A stretch of 64,000 nucleotides of DNA from Burkholderiales bacterium (GTDB taxonomy: Bacteria; Pseudomonadota; Gammaproteobacteria; Burkholderiales; SG8-39). Every line of letters starts with the position of its first letter. Position 1 is the stretch's first letter. Location of the stretch: positions 294 through 64,293 of the forward strand of contig DATHYT010000027.1 in the NCBI GenBank assembly GCA_035459025.1, written 5' to 3'. Of the stretch, positions 34,730 through 45,524 are shown piece after piece. The notes under the pieces are model-generated. The model saw nothing but the letters and a program-made list of their open reading frames with translations, did no database searches and was not told the origin of the DNA. The position numbers and the translations under genes were made by a program.

Positions 34730-35495
34730 AGCTGCCGCGCTGCAATTGCTGGAACTCCGGCGAATTGGGGAAGCGCCGCCGCAGCTGGATGGCGTAGGAC
34801 TGCTCCGCCGCGCGCGCGCCCAGGCGCCGCTCCACGCGCAGCGCCAGCCACAGCGACTCGGCGCTCTGTTGCGCCACTGCGGCGTGCTGCGTAAGCAGGC
34901 GGCGCGCCTCGTCGTAGCGGCCCTCGGTGTAGCGCAGCTGCGCGAACTGCAGCAACGCAATGGGCAGATTGGGATCGAGGCGCAGCGCGCGCTGCAGGTT
35001 TTCCTCGGCCACGGCGCGCTCGCCCGAGCGCAGCGCGCAGATGCCCGCCGCCGCGAAGGTGCGCGCGGGTGTCGCATACAGCGGATTGTCCAGCGCGCGC
35101 CGGAAGTACGGCTTGGCTTCGCTCTCGCGGCCGATCTGGCACAGGAACCAGCCATAGTTGTGGTTGATGTCGGGATCGCCCGGTGCGTGGCCGAGCGCGC
35201 GCCGGAAGCTTTCCTCGGCGAGCGTGTTCTCGCGCAGCTCCTTGTACACGAGGCCGAACACGCCGTGCGCGGTGGCATAGGTCGGATCGGCGGCCACCGC
35301 GGTGCGCAGCTCCTCCAGGGCCACGCTCATGTTGCCGCGCGCGTAGTACATCGTGGCGAGCTCGGTGTGGATGCGCGCACGATTGCGCGGGGCCGACGGC
35401 TCGCCGACGATGGTGCCGGTGTTGCCCACCGGCCCCGTGGGCTGCGCCGCGCAGCCGGCAAGCGCGACAAGCGCGCAGGCGAGCAGGCGCCTCAC
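34722..35495 (-). CDS. pilW: Type IV pilus biogenesis/stability TPR lipoprotein PilW
   Basis: GTG start (aa 256 of ORF 34722..36260), forming a GTGA overlap with the rlmN stop. Lipobox [11 protein letters not shown] repeats are present. Confidence 0.8.
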   Translation of the reverse strand: MRRLLACALVALAGCAAQPTGPVGNTGTIVGEPSAPRNRARIHTELATMYYARGNMSVALEELRTAVAADPTYATAHGVFGLVYKELRENTLAEESFRRALGHAPGDPDINHNYGWFLCQIGRESEAKPYFRRALDNPLYATPARTFAAAGICALRSGERAVAEENLQRALRLDPNLPIALLQFAQLRYTEGRYDEARRLLTQHAAVAQQSAESLWLALRVERRLGARAAEQSYAIQLRRRFPNSPEFQQLQRGSYE

Positions 35496-36568
35496 GGCTG
35501 CGCCTCCGCCACGCGCAGCGCGCGGCTGCGCCGCGTGCGGTCGGCGACCTCGCCGGCGAGCTGACCGCAGGCGGCGTCGATGGCATCGCCGCGGGTCTTG
35601 CGCGTGGTGACCGTCGCGCCCTTCGCCTGCAGCACCTGCGCGAAGCGCCGGATGCGCTCCGGCGGCGAGCGGCGGAATTCCGTGCGCGGGAAGGGGTTGA
35701 ACGGGATCAGGTTGAACTTGCAGCTGACCTGTGCAGCCAGGCGCGCGAGCGCGCGCGCCTCGGCCTCGCCGTCGTTGACGCCCTCGAGCATCACGTACTC
35801 GAAGGTGATGAAGTCGCGCGGCGCCTTTTCCAGGTAGCGCCGGCAGGCCTTGAGCAGCTCGCGGATCGGGTACTTGCGGTTCACCGGCACCAGCCGGTCG
35901 CGCAGCTCGTCGCTGGGCGCGTGCAGCGACACCGCGAGCGCCACCGGGCAGGCGTCGCGCAACTGGTCCATGCCCGGGATCACGCCCGAGGTGGACACGG
36001 TGACCCGGCGGCGTGACAGCCCGTAGGCGTTGTCGTCGAGCATCAGGCGCAGCGCCGGAATCACGTTCTCGAGATTGAGGAGCGGCTCGCCCATGCCCAT
36101 CAGCACGACGTTGGTCACCGGGCGCTCGCCTTCCAGCAGACGGTTCGCGAGCCACAGCTGGCCGACGATCTCCGCCGTGGACAGATTGCGGTTGAAGCCC
36201 TGCTTGCCGGTCGAGCAAAACGCGCAGTCGAGCACGCACCCCGCCTGGCTCGACACGCACAAGGTGCCGCGACCCGTCTCGGGGATGAACACCGCGTCAA
36301 CAGCGTTCGCCCCATCGACCTTCAGCAGCCATTTGCGCGTGCCGTCTGCGGCGGTGCTGTCGCCGACGACGCGCGGCGCCTCGACGCGTGCGCTCGCCGC
36401 GAGCTTCGCGCGCAGCGCCTTGGCCAGGTCGCTCATGCGCTCGAAATCGCTCTCGCCCGACTGGTGCACCCAGCGCAGCACCTGGCGCGCCCGGAACGGC
36501 TTCTCGCCCTGCTCCGCAAAGAATGCGGCCAGCGCGGCGGCATCGAGGTCGAGGAGGTTGGCCTTCAT
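35492..36568 (-). CDS. rlmN: 23S rRNA (adenine2503-C2)/tRNA methyltransferase, radical SAM
   Basis: Radical-SAM motif [11 protein letters not shown]. It sits in the ndk-rlmN order. Confidence 0.95.
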   Translation of the reverse strand: MKANLLDLDAAALAAFFAEQGEKPFRARQVLRWVHQSGESDFERMSDLAKALRAKLAASARVEAPRVVGDSTAADGTRKWLLKVDGANAVDAVFIPETGRGTLCVSSQAGCVLDCAFCSTGKQGFNRNLSTAEIVGQLWLANRLLEGERPVTNVVLMGMGEPLLNLENVIPALRLMLDDNAYGLSRRRVTVSTSGVIPGMDQLRDACPVALAVSLHAPSDELRDRLVPVNRKYPIRELLKACRRYLEKAPRDFITFEYVMLEGVNDGEAEARALARLAAQVSCKFNLIPFNPFPRTEFRRSPPERIRRFAQVLQAKGATVTTRKTRGDAIDAACGQLAGEVADRTRRSRALRVAEAQP

Positions 36569-36573
36569 CGCTC

Positions 36574-36999
36574 TCAGCGCGAGAATACCTCGCAGGCGGG
36601 AAAGAAATAGGCGATCTCGACGCGCGCGGTGTCGGGCCCATCGGAGCCGTGCACGGCGTTGGCGTCGATCGAGTCCGCGAAGTCGGCGCGGATGGTGCCC
36701 TTGGCCGCCTTCTTCGGATCGGTGGCGCCCATCAGGTCGCGGTTGCGCGCGATGGCGTTGTCGCCCTCGAGCACCTGCACCACCACCGGGCCGGAGATCA
36801 TGAAGTCGACCAGATCGCGGAAGAACGGGCGCTCGCGGTGCACGGCGTAGAAGCCTTCGGCTTCGGCGCGCGACAGGTGCATCATGCGCGCGGCAATCAC
36901 GCGCAGGCCCGCTGCCTCGAAGCGCGCAAGGATCTTGCCGATCACGTTCTTTTTCACCGCGTCGGGCTTGATGATGGACAAGGTGCGCTCGAGCGCCAT
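36574..36999 (-). CDS. ndk: Nucleoside-diphosphate kinase
   Basis: N-terminus [15 protein letters not shown]. Active-site region NAVHGSD. Confidence 0.97.
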   Translation of the reverse strand: MALERTLSIIKPDAVKKNVIGKILARFEAAGLRVIAARMMHLSRAEAEGFYAVHRERPFFRDLVDFMISGPVVVQVLEGDNAIARNRDLMGATDPKKAAKGTIRADFADSIDANAVHGSDGPDTARVEIAYFFPACEVFSR

Positions 37000-37084
37000 A
37001 TTCCCGTTTCCCCCGGAGTTCCCAAGAAATTGTTAGCCCGCGATTCTATCACGGGCGCGTCGCGAGTTTCGTAAAAACAAGGGC

Positions 37085-38242
37085 TTAGGAAGTCTCGCGC
37101 CACTCCGGGACGAGGCCGCGCGCGCCACGCGCCGCCTGCCAGCCGGCGGCGACACCGAGCTCCGGCACCCACACCAGCTCATCGTCGCAGTACAGAAGCG
37201 GCAGCCGCTCGCGCCGCCACGCCGGCACGCCCGCCTCCTGAAACAGGTTCTTCAGCGTGCGCCGTGGCCGCCGCGCGTCGAGCTGCAGCCGCTCGCCCCC
37301 GGTGCGCGCGCGCAGCGTGAGCCGCGCGCGCTCCAGGCGCGCGGCGTCGATGCCGCGCCCGCGCGCAGGCCGCAGGCGGAGCTCGCCGCGCGCGCCCCTG
37401 TCGATCGACACGCGGCCGCGGTAGACGCGCAGCAGCGCGCCGTCGTGCTCGATCGCAGTGCGCGTGCCCTTGCCGGTCAGCTGCCTGAGCATGTCGACCA
37501 GCTTCGCTTCGCTCGGCGCGCGCAGGCCATGGCCGCGCAGGAACTCGCGCAGCGCGAGGCGCGCCCTGTCGTCGGCGCTGGCGAAGTGGCGCGCCGCCCG
37601 CGCGAGGCTCTCGCGCCAGCGCGGAAAGCGCGTCGCGAGCAGCGGCCCGACCCGCAGGCGCAGGAAGTTGCGCGTCAGCGCCGCGTCCCGGTTGGATTCG
37701 TCCTCGACCCAGCGCAGCCCGCGCGAGCGTGCGTACGCTTCGATCTCGCGGCGCCGCACCGCGAGCAGCGGGCGCAACAGGGTCTTGTCACCGACCCGGC
37801 CCACCGTCGGCATGGCGCTCGCCCCGCGCACGCCGGCGCCGCGCAGCAGGTTCAGCAGCACCGTCTCGGCTTGATCGTCGAGCTGGTGCGCAAGCGCGAT
37901 GACCGGTGCGGGATGGCGCGCGAACACGGTGCGGCGTGCCGCGCGCGCCGCCGCCTCGAGCCCGTGGCCGCGCTTGTCGACCTTCACGCGCCGCACCGTG
38001 AGCGGCACGCCCCACTTCCGGCAGAGCGAGCGGCAGAAACGCGCCCACTCGCCGGCGCGCGGGCTCAGTCCGTGGTTGACATGCAGCGCCTCGACGCGAA
38101 AGCCGTGGCGCGGCGCTGCCGTGCGCAGCAGATCGAGCAGCACCACCGAGTCGACACCTCCCGAGAGCCCGACCGCCACGCGCTTGCCGCGCAGGTCCAG
38201 CCCGCCCAGGTCAGCGCTCGGCGGCTTCCTTGAACTTGCCAT
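37085..38242 (-). CDS. tilS: tRNA(Ile)-lysidine synthase
   Basis: PP-loop motif [13 protein letters not shown]. Its start overlaps the accA 3' end by 32 nt. Confidence 0.88.
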   Translation of the reverse strand: MASSRKPPSADLGGLDLRGKRVAVGLSGGVDSVVLLDLLRTAAPRHGFRVEALHVNHGLSPRAGEWARFCRSLCRKWGVPLTVRRVKVDKRGHGLEAAARAARRTVFARHPAPVIALAHQLDDQAETVLLNLLRGAGVRGASAMPTVGRVGDKTLLRPLLAVRRREIEAYARSRGLRWVEDESNRDAALTRNFLRLRVGPLLATRFPRWRESLARAARHFASADDRARLALREFLRGHGLRAPSEAKLVDMLRQLTGKGTRTAIEHDGALLRVYRGRVSIDRGARGELRLRPARGRGIDAARLERARLTLRARTGGERLQLDARRPRRTLKNLFQEAGVPAWRRERLPLLYCDDELVWVPELGVAAGWQAARGARGLVPEWRETS

Positions 38243-39179
38243 AGCTCATGAGTCGCTCGAGGCGGTCCTCGACGAGCTGCTTGGGCTTGGTGCTGCGCAG
38301 GTCGCGCCAGGCCTCGGCCAGCGCCTTCTTCAGCGACTGCGCCGCTGCCTGCGGGTCGCGATGCGCACCGCCCAGCGGCTCGGGCACCACCTTGTCCACC
38401 AGCCCGAGCGCCTTCAGGCGGGTGGCGGTGATGCCGAGCGTCTCGGCGGCCTCCGGCGCCTTGTCGGCGCTCTTCCACAGGATCGACGCGCAACCCTCGG
38501 GCGAGATGACCGAGTAGGTCGCGTACTGCAACATGAGGGTCACGTCGCCCACCGCAATCGCGAGCGCCCCGCCCGAACCGCCCTCGCCAATGATGGTGGC
38601 GATGATCGGCGTGCGCAGCCCCGCCATGGCGTAGAGGTTGCGTCCGATGGCCTCGGACTGCCCGCGCTCCTCGGCGTCGATCCCGGGATAGGCGCCGGGC
38701 GTGTCGACGAAGGTAAACACGGGCAGCTCGAACTTCTCTCCGAGCTTCATCAGCCGCAGCGCCTTGCGGTAGCCCTCGGGCTTGGGCATGCCGAAATTGC
38801 GCAGGATCTTCTCCTTGGTGTCGCGCCCCTTCTGGTGGCCGATGACGACGCAGGGCAGGCCGTCGAAGCGCGCAAGGCCGCCCACGATCGAAGCGTCCTC
38901 GGCGAAGCTGCGGTCGCCGTGCAGCTCTTCGTAGCCGGTGAACAGTGTTCCCACGTAATCGAGCGTGTAGGGGCGCTGCGGGTGGCGTGCGACCTGCGCC
39001 ACCTGCCAGGGCGTGAGCTTGGCGTAGATCTCCTTGGTGAGCGCCTGGCTTTTCTTCGCCAGGCGCTGGATCTCGTCGGAGATGTCGACCGCCGAATCGT
39101 CCTGCACGAAGCGCAGCTCCTCGATGCGCTGCTCGAGCTCCGCGATCGGCTGCTCGAAGTCGAGGAAGGTGGTCTTCAT
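38211..39179 (-). CDS. accA: Acetyl-CoA carboxylase carboxyltransferase subunit alpha
   Basis: N-terminus [23 protein letters not shown]. Also contains [11 protein letters not shown]. Confidence 0.96.
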   Translation of the reverse strand: MKTTFLDFEQPIAELEQRIEELRFVQDDSAVDISDEIQRLAKKSQALTKEIYAKLTPWQVAQVARHPQRPYTLDYVGTLFTGYEELHGDRSFAEDASIVGGLARFDGLPCVVIGHQKGRDTKEKILRNFGMPKPEGYRKALRLMKLGEKFELPVFTFVDTPGAYPGIDAEERGQSEAIGRNLYAMAGLRTPIIATIIGEGGSGGALAIAVGDVTLMLQYATYSVISPEGCASILWKSADKAPEAAETLGITATRLKALGLVDKVVPEPLGGAHRDPQAAAQSLKKALAEAWRDLRSTKPKQLVEDRLERLMSYGKFKEAAER

Positions 39180-39193
39180 CCGCGCGCGAGATT

Positions 39194-40297
39194 CTAGCGC
39201 AGGACGACGACCTGGTTTCTGCCCGCATGCTTGCCGCGGTACAGCGCCCCGTCGGCGCGCGCCGTCAGCGCCTCGCCGCTTTCGCCCTTGAGGTGGGCGG
39301 CGATGCCGATCGTCACGGTCACGCGGCGCTGCGCGGGCAAGCCCGGGAACTCGCGCCTCTCGACGCTCGAGCGCAGGCGCTCCGCCGTCGCCGCCGCACC
39401 GGACGCCTCGGTATCGGGCAGGATGAGCATGAACTCCTCGCCGCCGAAGCGGCCGAAGACGTCCATCGCGCGCAAGCCGCTGCTCGCGAGCACCGCGAAG
39501 TGCCTGAGGACCGTGTCGCCGGCTGCGTGCCCGAGCGTGTCATTGATGCTCTTGAAATGATCTATGTCGATCATGCAGACCGAAAGCGGCCTGCCCAGAC
39601 GTGCCGCGCGCGCGATCTCGCGCTGCAGCATGTCCAGCAGGTGGCGCCGATTGTGCACGCCGGTCAGCACGTCGCGAATCGCGTGCTCCTCCGCGCGATC
39701 GGCGGCTTCCTTCAGCCGCCGGTTGCTTTCCGAGAGCCGCAGGCGCAGCCCGTTGACGTATCCGCCCATCACCGCGAACCACGGCAGCACGACGGCGAGC
39801 GCTGCGAGCTGTAGCCAATTGGCGCGTGCGCCTTGCCCCTGCAGCGCCCCGGTTGCGAACAGCACGCCCGCATGCGCGGCGAGGGCGATGAGCGCCAGCA
39901 CGAGCAGCCGCGCAGTACCCAGCCGCAGCACACCGAAGAGCAGCGCCACCAGATAGAACAGGCTCAGCGCATCGCGCGCGGACGCCGCGTGGTACATGAG
40001 GTAGGCGAGCGTCATCAGCGCAGCGACGATCATCTCGCTCGTCAGGCTCGGATCGCGAAAGCGCTGATTGAGGCCCGAGCGGAACATGCCGTAGAAGAGC
40101 ACGATGAAAAAACCGATCAGCGCAGCGCCGCCGATGGCGATCTTGAGCGGCAGCAGGCCGAACCAGTGCCAGAGCAAGAGCGACGCCGCCACGAGAAGCG
40201 ACGTCCCCGCGCCCATGAGGTAGCGCCGCAGACGCAGCGACTGGCGCGCCTGCTCGTCTCCGAGCGCGGCCGACGACGCCAGCGTCCCTTCGCTCAT
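39194..40297 (-). CDS. Membrane-anchored diguanylate cyclase (GGDEF domain)
   Basis: About 6 N-terminal TM helices. GGEEF active site ([13 protein letters not shown]) with an RxxD I-site (RAMD) 5 residues upstream. Confidence 0.88.
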   Translation of the reverse strand: MSEGTLASSAALGDEQARQSLRLRRYLMGAGTSLLVAASLLLWHWFGLLPLKIAIGGAALIGFFIVLFYGMFRSGLNQRFRDPSLTSEMIVAALMTLAYLMYHAASARDALSLFYLVALLFGVLRLGTARLLVLALIALAAHAGVLFATGALQGQGARANWLQLAALAVVLPWFAVMGGYVNGLRLRLSESNRRLKEAADRAEEHAIRDVLTGVHNRRHLLDMLQREIARAARLGRPLSVCMIDIDHFKSINDTLGHAAGDTVLRHFAVLASSGLRAMDVFGRFGGEEFMLILPDTEASGAAATAERLRSSVERREFPGLPAQRRVTVTIGIAAHLKGESGEALTARADGALYRGKHAGRNQVVVLR

Positions 40298-40298
40298 C

Positions 40299-40916
40299 TC
40301 AATATTCTACCGGCAGCGGATCGAGCGACCGCCACAGGTACCAGGTCGCGACCGAGCGCCAGGGCGCCCATTGCTCACCCAGCCGCCGCATGCGCGCGGG
40401 CGATGTCCGGCGCCCGCCAAAATAGTGGCGCCGCAATGCCGCCTGCAGCCCCAGGTCGTCGAGCGGGAACACGTCGGGGCGCAACAGGTTGAAGATGAGA
40501 AACATCTCCGCGGTCCAGCGCCCGATGCCGCGCACCTGCACCAGATCGGCGATGATCTCCTCGTCGGACAAGGCCGGCCAGCGGTGCGGGTGCACGAGGC
40601 CCCGGTCGAAGCGCCGCGCCAGATCGACGATGTACTCGGTCTTGCGGTCCGACAGGCCGCAGGCACGCAAGCTGCGCGGCTCCCGCCGCAACACGGCTTG
40701 CGGGGTGCAGTCGCCGACGCACGCGATCACGCGATCCCAGACGCTTTGCGCCGCCTTCACCGAGATCTGCTGGCCGACGATGGCGCGCGCCAGCGTCATG
40801 AACGGCTCGCCGCGGCGCACCAGGTGCACGCGGGGGCACGCGCGCATGATCGCCGCCAAGACTGGGTCGCGTCGCGCCAGCGTGCGCTTGGCCCGGTGCC
40901 AGTACTCAGGCTTCAC
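40299..40916 (-). CDS. DNA-3-methyladenine glycosylase II family protein (HhH-GPD, AlkA-like)
   Basis: HhH-GPD region VRGIGRWTAEMFLIF. Catalytic Asp context PLDDLGLQ. Confidence 0.85.
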   Translation of the reverse strand: MKPEYWHRAKRTLARRDPVLAAIMRACPRVHLVRRGEPFMTLARAIVGQQISVKAAQSVWDRVIACVGDCTPQAVLRREPRSLRACGLSDRKTEYIVDLARRFDRGLVHPHRWPALSDEEIIADLVQVRGIGRWTAEMFLIFNLLRPDVFPLDDLGLQAALRRHYFGGRRTSPARMRRLGEQWAPWRSVATWYLWRSLDPLPVEY

Positions 40917-41913
40917 GCAGTGGGAGGTTGAGCAGCAGGTTCTGCGGCTTCATGCGCACCACCTGCGCCTCGTTCACGCTCAAGGCGAGATAGACGGTGC
41001 GGCCAGACACGCTTTCCCGCATCAGCGCCGGATCGGCGAACTGCATCGAGAACAGCGCGACGATGTTGCGCATGCGCCCGGCATCGACCTGGCTGCCCGA
41101 CCATAGCTCGTTGAGAATGTCCGTGGACTCTGCATCGAGCCCGATGTGCCAGGCCCAGCGCGCCTCGTCGATCTTGCGCAGCGGCTTCACCCTCACCTCG
41201 ACGGCATGGAAATGCGCGATCCAGCCCTCGATCACCCGGCACAGCGCCTCGAGCGCAGGCCGGCCGTAGGTCAGGCTGATGACCGTGTCGTGGCGCGATT
41301 CGCGCTCCCAGTAGAGCGCCGCGTTGGCGCGGTCCAGCACGTCGAGGTCGACCTTGCCGAGGGTCCCTTGCGCCTCGACGATCAGCTTGCCGATGCTGCC
41401 GTAGCGGTTGCCCGCGGCGTGCATTTCGACGGTCTCGTGGTCGGCGAGCAGCACATGCCCGTCCTGCAGGGTGGCCTTCTGGTCGCGGAAGAAGAGCTCC
41501 GCGGCGCGCAGCCGCAGCGGGTCCTCGGCGCCATCGAGGATGTTGCGCAGGATGACGTGCGCCAGCTGCTCGATGAACAGCGGCGGCACGTCGATGTCGC
41601 CCTTGAACAGGGTCATGTAGCAGCCCTCGAGCGTGCCCGCGGCGAGCAGGCGGTCGCGGAACCTGAGCAGCATGCGGTAGTTGTGCCGGGCGTCCTGGTC
41701 GGCAAGCGCGTCGATCTCGGCGGCGGCCACCGCACGGCGCGGCGTCTCCATCAACGACGCATGCAGCCGCAGCTCCGCGTCGCAGGACTCCTCGACCGGG
41801 TGGATCTCCGGCCGCAGGTAGTAGGCGCGCAGGAAGTCGTCGGTGACCCGCAGCCGGCCGGCCGGGTCGCGCTCTAGGAGGTGGAAACCGCTATTGCGCC
41901 AGAAATCAGGCAG
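40906..41913 (-). CDS. Conserved protein of unknown function; 5' end uncertain
   Basis: The track ORF is 40906..41754 with a TTG start. The same frame stays open, with strong GC3 bias, back to about 41990 and reads LPDFWRNSGFHLLERDPAGRLRVTDDFLRAYYLRPEIHPVEESCDAELRLHASL. No ATG/GTG/TTG occurs in that stretch, so I extended to CTG 41913. I recognise no catalytic motif. Confidence 0.6.
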   Translation of the reverse strand: MPDFWRNSGFHLLERDPAGRLRVTDDFLRAYYLRPEIHPVEESCDAELRLHASLMETPRRAVAAAEIDALADQDARHNYRMLLRFRDRLLAAGTLEGCYMTLFKGDIDVPPLFIEQLAHVILRNILDGAEDPLRLRAAELFFRDQKATLQDGHVLLADHETVEMHAAGNRYGSIGKLIVEAQGTLGKVDLDVLDRANAALYWERESRHDTVISLTYGRPALEALCRVIEGWIAHFHAVEVRVKPLRKIDEARWAWHIGLDAESTDILNELWSGSQVDAGRMRNIVALFSMQFADPALMRESVSGRTVYLALSVNEAQVVRMKPQNLLLNLPLREA

Positions 41914-42484
41914 GCGACGCGACCAACCGCGAATGCGCCGCGACGTGCTGGCGCAGGAACTCCATCTGGTCGGCGAAGATGCGACGGTTCGTGAGGATCA
42001 GGTACTCGGCCTTGTTCGGCACGTACGGCGCGTACATCAGCTCCATGCCGCATTCCTGCGGCATGCGGTTGCGCTTGTGGCCGTTGCAGTGCCGGCACGC
42101 GGTCACCACGTTCATCCAGGTGTCGCGCCCGCCGCGCGACAGCGGCGTGATGTGGTCGCGCGTGAGGCGGAAGTAGCCGTACTCGTGGCCGCAGTAGGCG
42201 CAGGTATGGCGGTCGCGGCGGAACAGCTCCCGGTTGTTGAGCGGCGGCACCTGATGGAAGCCGCGTGCGGCGAGCGCGCGACCGCGGATGGCGATGATCG
42301 AGTGCGCGGTGATGCTGGAGCGCTCTCCCGTCAGGCGCGACATGCCGCCGCGAAACGTGAAGGTGCGCTCGCCCAGCGTCCAGGCAACGAGGTTCTTGGC
42401 GTAGTAGAAGCAGGCCTGCTGCCAGCTGATCCAGCGATGGGGCACGCCGTGGCTATCGAGCGACAGGATCAGCAGGTTGTCCAT
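41906..42484 (-). CDS. HNH endonuclease with an uncharacterised N-terminal domain
   Basis: HNH zinc-finger region CAYCGHEYGYFRLTRDHITPLSRGGRDTWMNVVTACRHCNGHK. Confidence 0.85.
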   Translation of the reverse strand: MDNLLILSLDSHGVPHRWISWQQACFYYAKNLVAWTLGERTFTFRGGMSRLTGERSSITAHSIIAIRGRALAARGFHQVPPLNNRELFRRDRHTCAYCGHEYGYFRLTRDHITPLSRGGRDTWMNVVTACRHCNGHKRNRMPQECGMELMYAPYVPNKAEYLILTNRRIFADQMEFLRQHVAAHSRLVASPA

Positions 42485-42551
42485 GACCGCCGAGATTCTG
42501 CCAAGGGTTCAGCAACTTGGCAATGATCCCGCCAGCGAGACGCGGGCGGCC

Positions 42552-42839
42552 TCAGCGGCTGGCGACGCGGTCCTTGAAGCCTTGCCCGGCGGCGAAGGCC
42601 GGCACGGTCTTCGACGAAATGCGGATCTCCTTGCCGTTCAATGGGCTGCGCCCGGCACGGGCCTTACGCTTGCGCGGCAGGAAGGTGCCGAAGCCCACCA
42701 CCGTCACCCGATTGCCCTTGGCCACGCTTGCCACGATCGCATCGAACACCGCGTTCACCGCTTCTCCCGCGCTCGACTTTGTCAGGTTGCCGGCCCGTGC
42801 GGCCGCTTCGACGAGATCAGCCTTGGTGACGGATCGCAT
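42552..42839 (-). CDS. HU-family DNA-binding protein
   Basis: 95 aa. Contains VTVVGFGTFLPRKRKARAGRSPLNGKEIRISSKTVPAFAAG. Confidence 0.92.
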   Translation of the reverse strand: MRSVTKADLVEAAARAGNLTKSSAGEAVNAVFDAIVASVAKGNRVTVVGFGTFLPRKRKARAGRSPLNGKEIRISSKTVPAFAAGQGFKDRVASR

Positions 42840-42958
42840 GGCGTTGTTGTCTCCACTAACTTCAAGCGAGCCGAAATCATAATCAGATCGCCGCGCGAAT
42901 ACAACGCCAAAAGATCGCGTGCGCGCAAAGTCGTGCGCGGACGTTGAAGGAATTTGTG

Positions 42959-43843
42959 CTAGCGCTTACCCGCGAGCAGATCGACGAGCGCGCTCGGTTC
43001 ATGCTCGCCGCGTCCCTGCGCGACGAGCAGGCGGTAGAGCTCCGCCGCAGTGCGCGCCATCGGCAGCGGCACGCGCGCGTCCTTGGCCACCTCGGCGGCG
43101 TTCTCCAGATCCTTCAGCATGGTCGCCACGGCGCCGAGCGGCGGGTCGAATTGCCGCGCCGCCATGCGCGCGCCAAATACCTGAAGCGGCAGCGAATCGG
43201 CGAAGCCACCCTTCAGCGCCTGCGGCAGCGCGTGGGCGTCGACGCCGGCGGCTTCCGCGAGCCGCACCGCCTCGGCGATCACCGGGAACAGGCACCCGAC
43301 GATGACCTGGTTGCAGAGTTTCGTCACCTGGCCCGCGCCGGACTCCCCCATGCGCGTGAAGCGCTGCGCGAGGTGCGCGAGCACCGGGCGTGCGCGCTCG
43401 ATGTGCTCCGGCTTGCCTCCCGCCATGATGGCGAGCGTGCCCTGCTCGGCGCCCACCGTGCCGCCCGACACCGGGGCATCCACCAGCCCCATGCCGCATT
43501 CGTGCTCGAGACGCGTGGCGAACTCGCGCGCCGAGGACGGCGCGAGGCTCGAAAAATCCACCAACAGCTTGCCGGGAGCGCCGCCCGCAGCTATGCCGCC
43601 GGGCCCGAACAACACCTGCCCGGCGGCGTGCTGGTCGGTCACGCACATCATCACGATGTCGGCCGCACGGGCTACGGCAGCGGGCGAATCCACGGCCTGC
43701 GCGCCTTTCGCCGTCAGCGGCACGAGCTTGTCCCGGCTGCGGTTCCACACCGTGAGCGCGTAGCCCGCGGCGAGCAGCCGCAGGCTCATCGGGCGACCCA
43801 TCAGGCCGATGCCGATGTAACCCAGGCGCGGCTGTTCGCTCAT
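42959..43843 (-). CDS. NAD(P)-dependent oxidoreductase, 3-hydroxyisobutyrate / 2-hydroxy-3-oxopropionate reductase family
   Basis: Rossmann motif [13 protein letters not shown]. Its ATG overlaps the upstream stop (ATGA). Confidence 0.85.
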   Translation of the reverse strand: MSEQPRLGYIGIGLMGRPMSLRLLAAGYALTVWNRSRDKLVPLTAKGAQAVDSPAAVARAADIVMMCVTDQHAAGQVLFGPGGIAAGGAPGKLLVDFSSLAPSSAREFATRLEHECGMGLVDAPVSGGTVGAEQGTLAIMAGGKPEHIERARPVLAHLAQRFTRMGESGAGQVTKLCNQVIVGCLFPVIAEAVRLAEAAGVDAHALPQALKGGFADSLPLQVFGARMAARQFDPPLGAVATMLKDLENAAEVAKDARVPLPMARTAAELYRLLVAQGRGEHEPSALVDLLAGKR

Positions 43844-45522
43844 TTCCTCCCTCCGCTATGGGTAACCGCGCCGCGATGCGCCGACCCGACCACCGCGGCA
43901 TACTTCTCAAGCACGCCCGAGAGCGGCGCGCGCCGCGGCGCCTTCATCTTGCGCCTGCGCAGCTCGACGCGCGGCACGAGCAGCGTCAGCTCGCCTGCCG
44001 CGGCATCGATGCGGATGCGGTCGCCGTTCCTGACCAGGGCAAGTGCGCCGCCTGCCGCCGCCTCGGGCGACACATAGCCGACCATCATGCCCCGTGTCGC
44101 GCCCGAGAATCGCCCGTCGGTGAGCAATGCCACCTTCTCGCCCGCCCCCTGGCCGTAGATGAGCGCCGTGACGCCGAGCATCTCGCGCATGCCGGGGCCG
44201 CCTTTCGGTCCTTCATAACGGATCACCAGCACGTCGCCCGGCCGGTACCTGCCTCGGCGCACGACATCGGCGCAGGCCTCCTCGGAGTCGAATACGCGCG
44301 CCGGGCCCTCGAACACGAGCGTCTTCAGACCCGCCACCTTGATGAGCGCCCCTTCCGGCGCGAGGTTGCCCTTGAGCACCACCAGCCCCCCGGTCTTCAG
44401 GATCGGGGCCTTTCGCACCACGTCGCCGTCGGCCCCCGCATGATCCGCCAGGGCGGCTTCGAGCGTGCTGCCGGAGAGCGTGAGGCAGCCGCCGTGCAGC
44501 GCACCGCGCTCGAGCAGCGCCTTTAGCACGGCATACACGCCGCCTGCGGCGTGCAGGTCCTTCGCCAAATAGCGCCCGCCGGGCTTCATGTCGGCGATGA
44601 GCGGCGTGCGCTTCGCCACGCGCGCGAAATCGTCCATGTCGAAGCGGATACCGGCCTCGTGCGCAATCGCCGGGATGTGCAGCGCGGCGTTGGTCGAGCC
44701 GCCGGTGGCGGCCACTGCGGCGCAGGCGTTCTCCAGGCTCTTGCGCGTCACCAGCTCGCGCGGCCGCGGACCGCCATCGCGCAGCAGCCGCATCACCGCC
44801 GCGCCGGCGGCACGCGCGGCCGCGCCGCGCGCGGCGTCCACCGCCGGCAAGGTCGCCGTGCCGGGCGGCGCCAGCCCCAGCGTCTCGGACACCATCGCCA
44901 TGGTATTGGCGGTGAACTGGCCGGGGCAGGAACCGAGGGTCGGCAGGCAGGCGCGCTCCAGCTCGTCCAGGTCGGAAGCCGGCATGTCTCCGGCGAGGAC
45001 CGCGCCGACGCCTTCATAGGTGTCCAGCACGGTGACGTCGCGCCCGCGCCAGCGGCCCGGCAGCGCTGCCCCACCATATACAAATACGCCCGGGAGATCG
45101 AGCCGCACCAGTGCCATCATCATCCCGGGCAGCGTCTTGTCGCAGCCGGCAAAGGCGACGAGGCCGTCGTAGGCGTGGCCGCGCGCCACCGCCTCGATGC
45201 CGTCGGCGATCAGCTCGCGTGACACCAGCGAGTAGCGCATGCCGCCATGGTTCATCGACATCGAGTCGGCGACCGACACGGAAGCGAAATCGAACGGCAC
45301 ACCGCCCGCCTCGCGCACGCCGTCGCAGGCCGTGCGCGCGAACTCACCGAGCAGCGCGTTGCACGGGGTCACGCGCCCGTCGGTCGAAACGACACCGACG
45401 AAGGGCTTGCCGAGGTCGGCGTCGCCGACGCCCAGGCTTCGCAGGAATGCGCGGTGCGGCGCGCGGTCCAGCCCCTCGACCGTGACCCGCGAGGGCAGGA
45501 TCGGAATGCTCCGCCGCGCCAC
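43840..45522 (-). CDS. IlvD/Edd-family dehydratase (dihydroxy-acid / sugar-acid dehydratase)
   Basis: Contains [15 protein letters not shown] and the Fe-S Cys motif [15 protein letters not shown]. The GTG start at 45522 lies 2 nt after the TctC stop. The alternative ATG 45567 would overlap TctC. Confidence 0.85.
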   Translation of the reverse strand: MARRSIPILPSRVTVEGLDRAPHRAFLRSLGVGDADLGKPFVGVVSTDGRVTPCNALLGEFARTACDGVREAGGVPFDFASVSVADSMSMNHGGMRYSLVSRELIADGIEAVARGHAYDGLVAFAGCDKTLPGMMMALVRLDLPGVFVYGGAALPGRWRGRDVTVLDTYEGVGAVLAGDMPASDLDELERACLPTLGSCPGQFTANTMAMVSETLGLAPPGTATLPAVDAARGAAARAAGAAVMRLLRDGGPRPRELVTRKSLENACAAVAATGGSTNAALHIPAIAHEAGIRFDMDDFARVAKRTPLIADMKPGGRYLAKDLHAAGGVYAVLKALLERGALHGGCLTLSGSTLEAALADHAGADGDVVRKAPILKTGGLVVLKGNLAPEGALIKVAGLKTLVFEGPARVFDSEEACADVVRRGRYRPGDVLVIRYEGPKGGPGMREMLGVTALIYGQGAGEKVALLTDGRFSGATRGMMVGYVSPEAAAGGALALVRNGDRIRIDAAAGELTLLVPRVELRRRKMKAPRRAPLSGVLEKYAAVVGSAHRGAVTHSGGRK

Positions 45523-45524
45523 GC

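Noticed and set aside
41906-42484. HNH gene considered as a homing endonuclease, a restriction-modification component or a mobile element
   Set aside because: There is no methyltransferase, intron/intein context, transposase or flanking repeats. The gene sits inside a compact operon with housekeeping-type neighbours.
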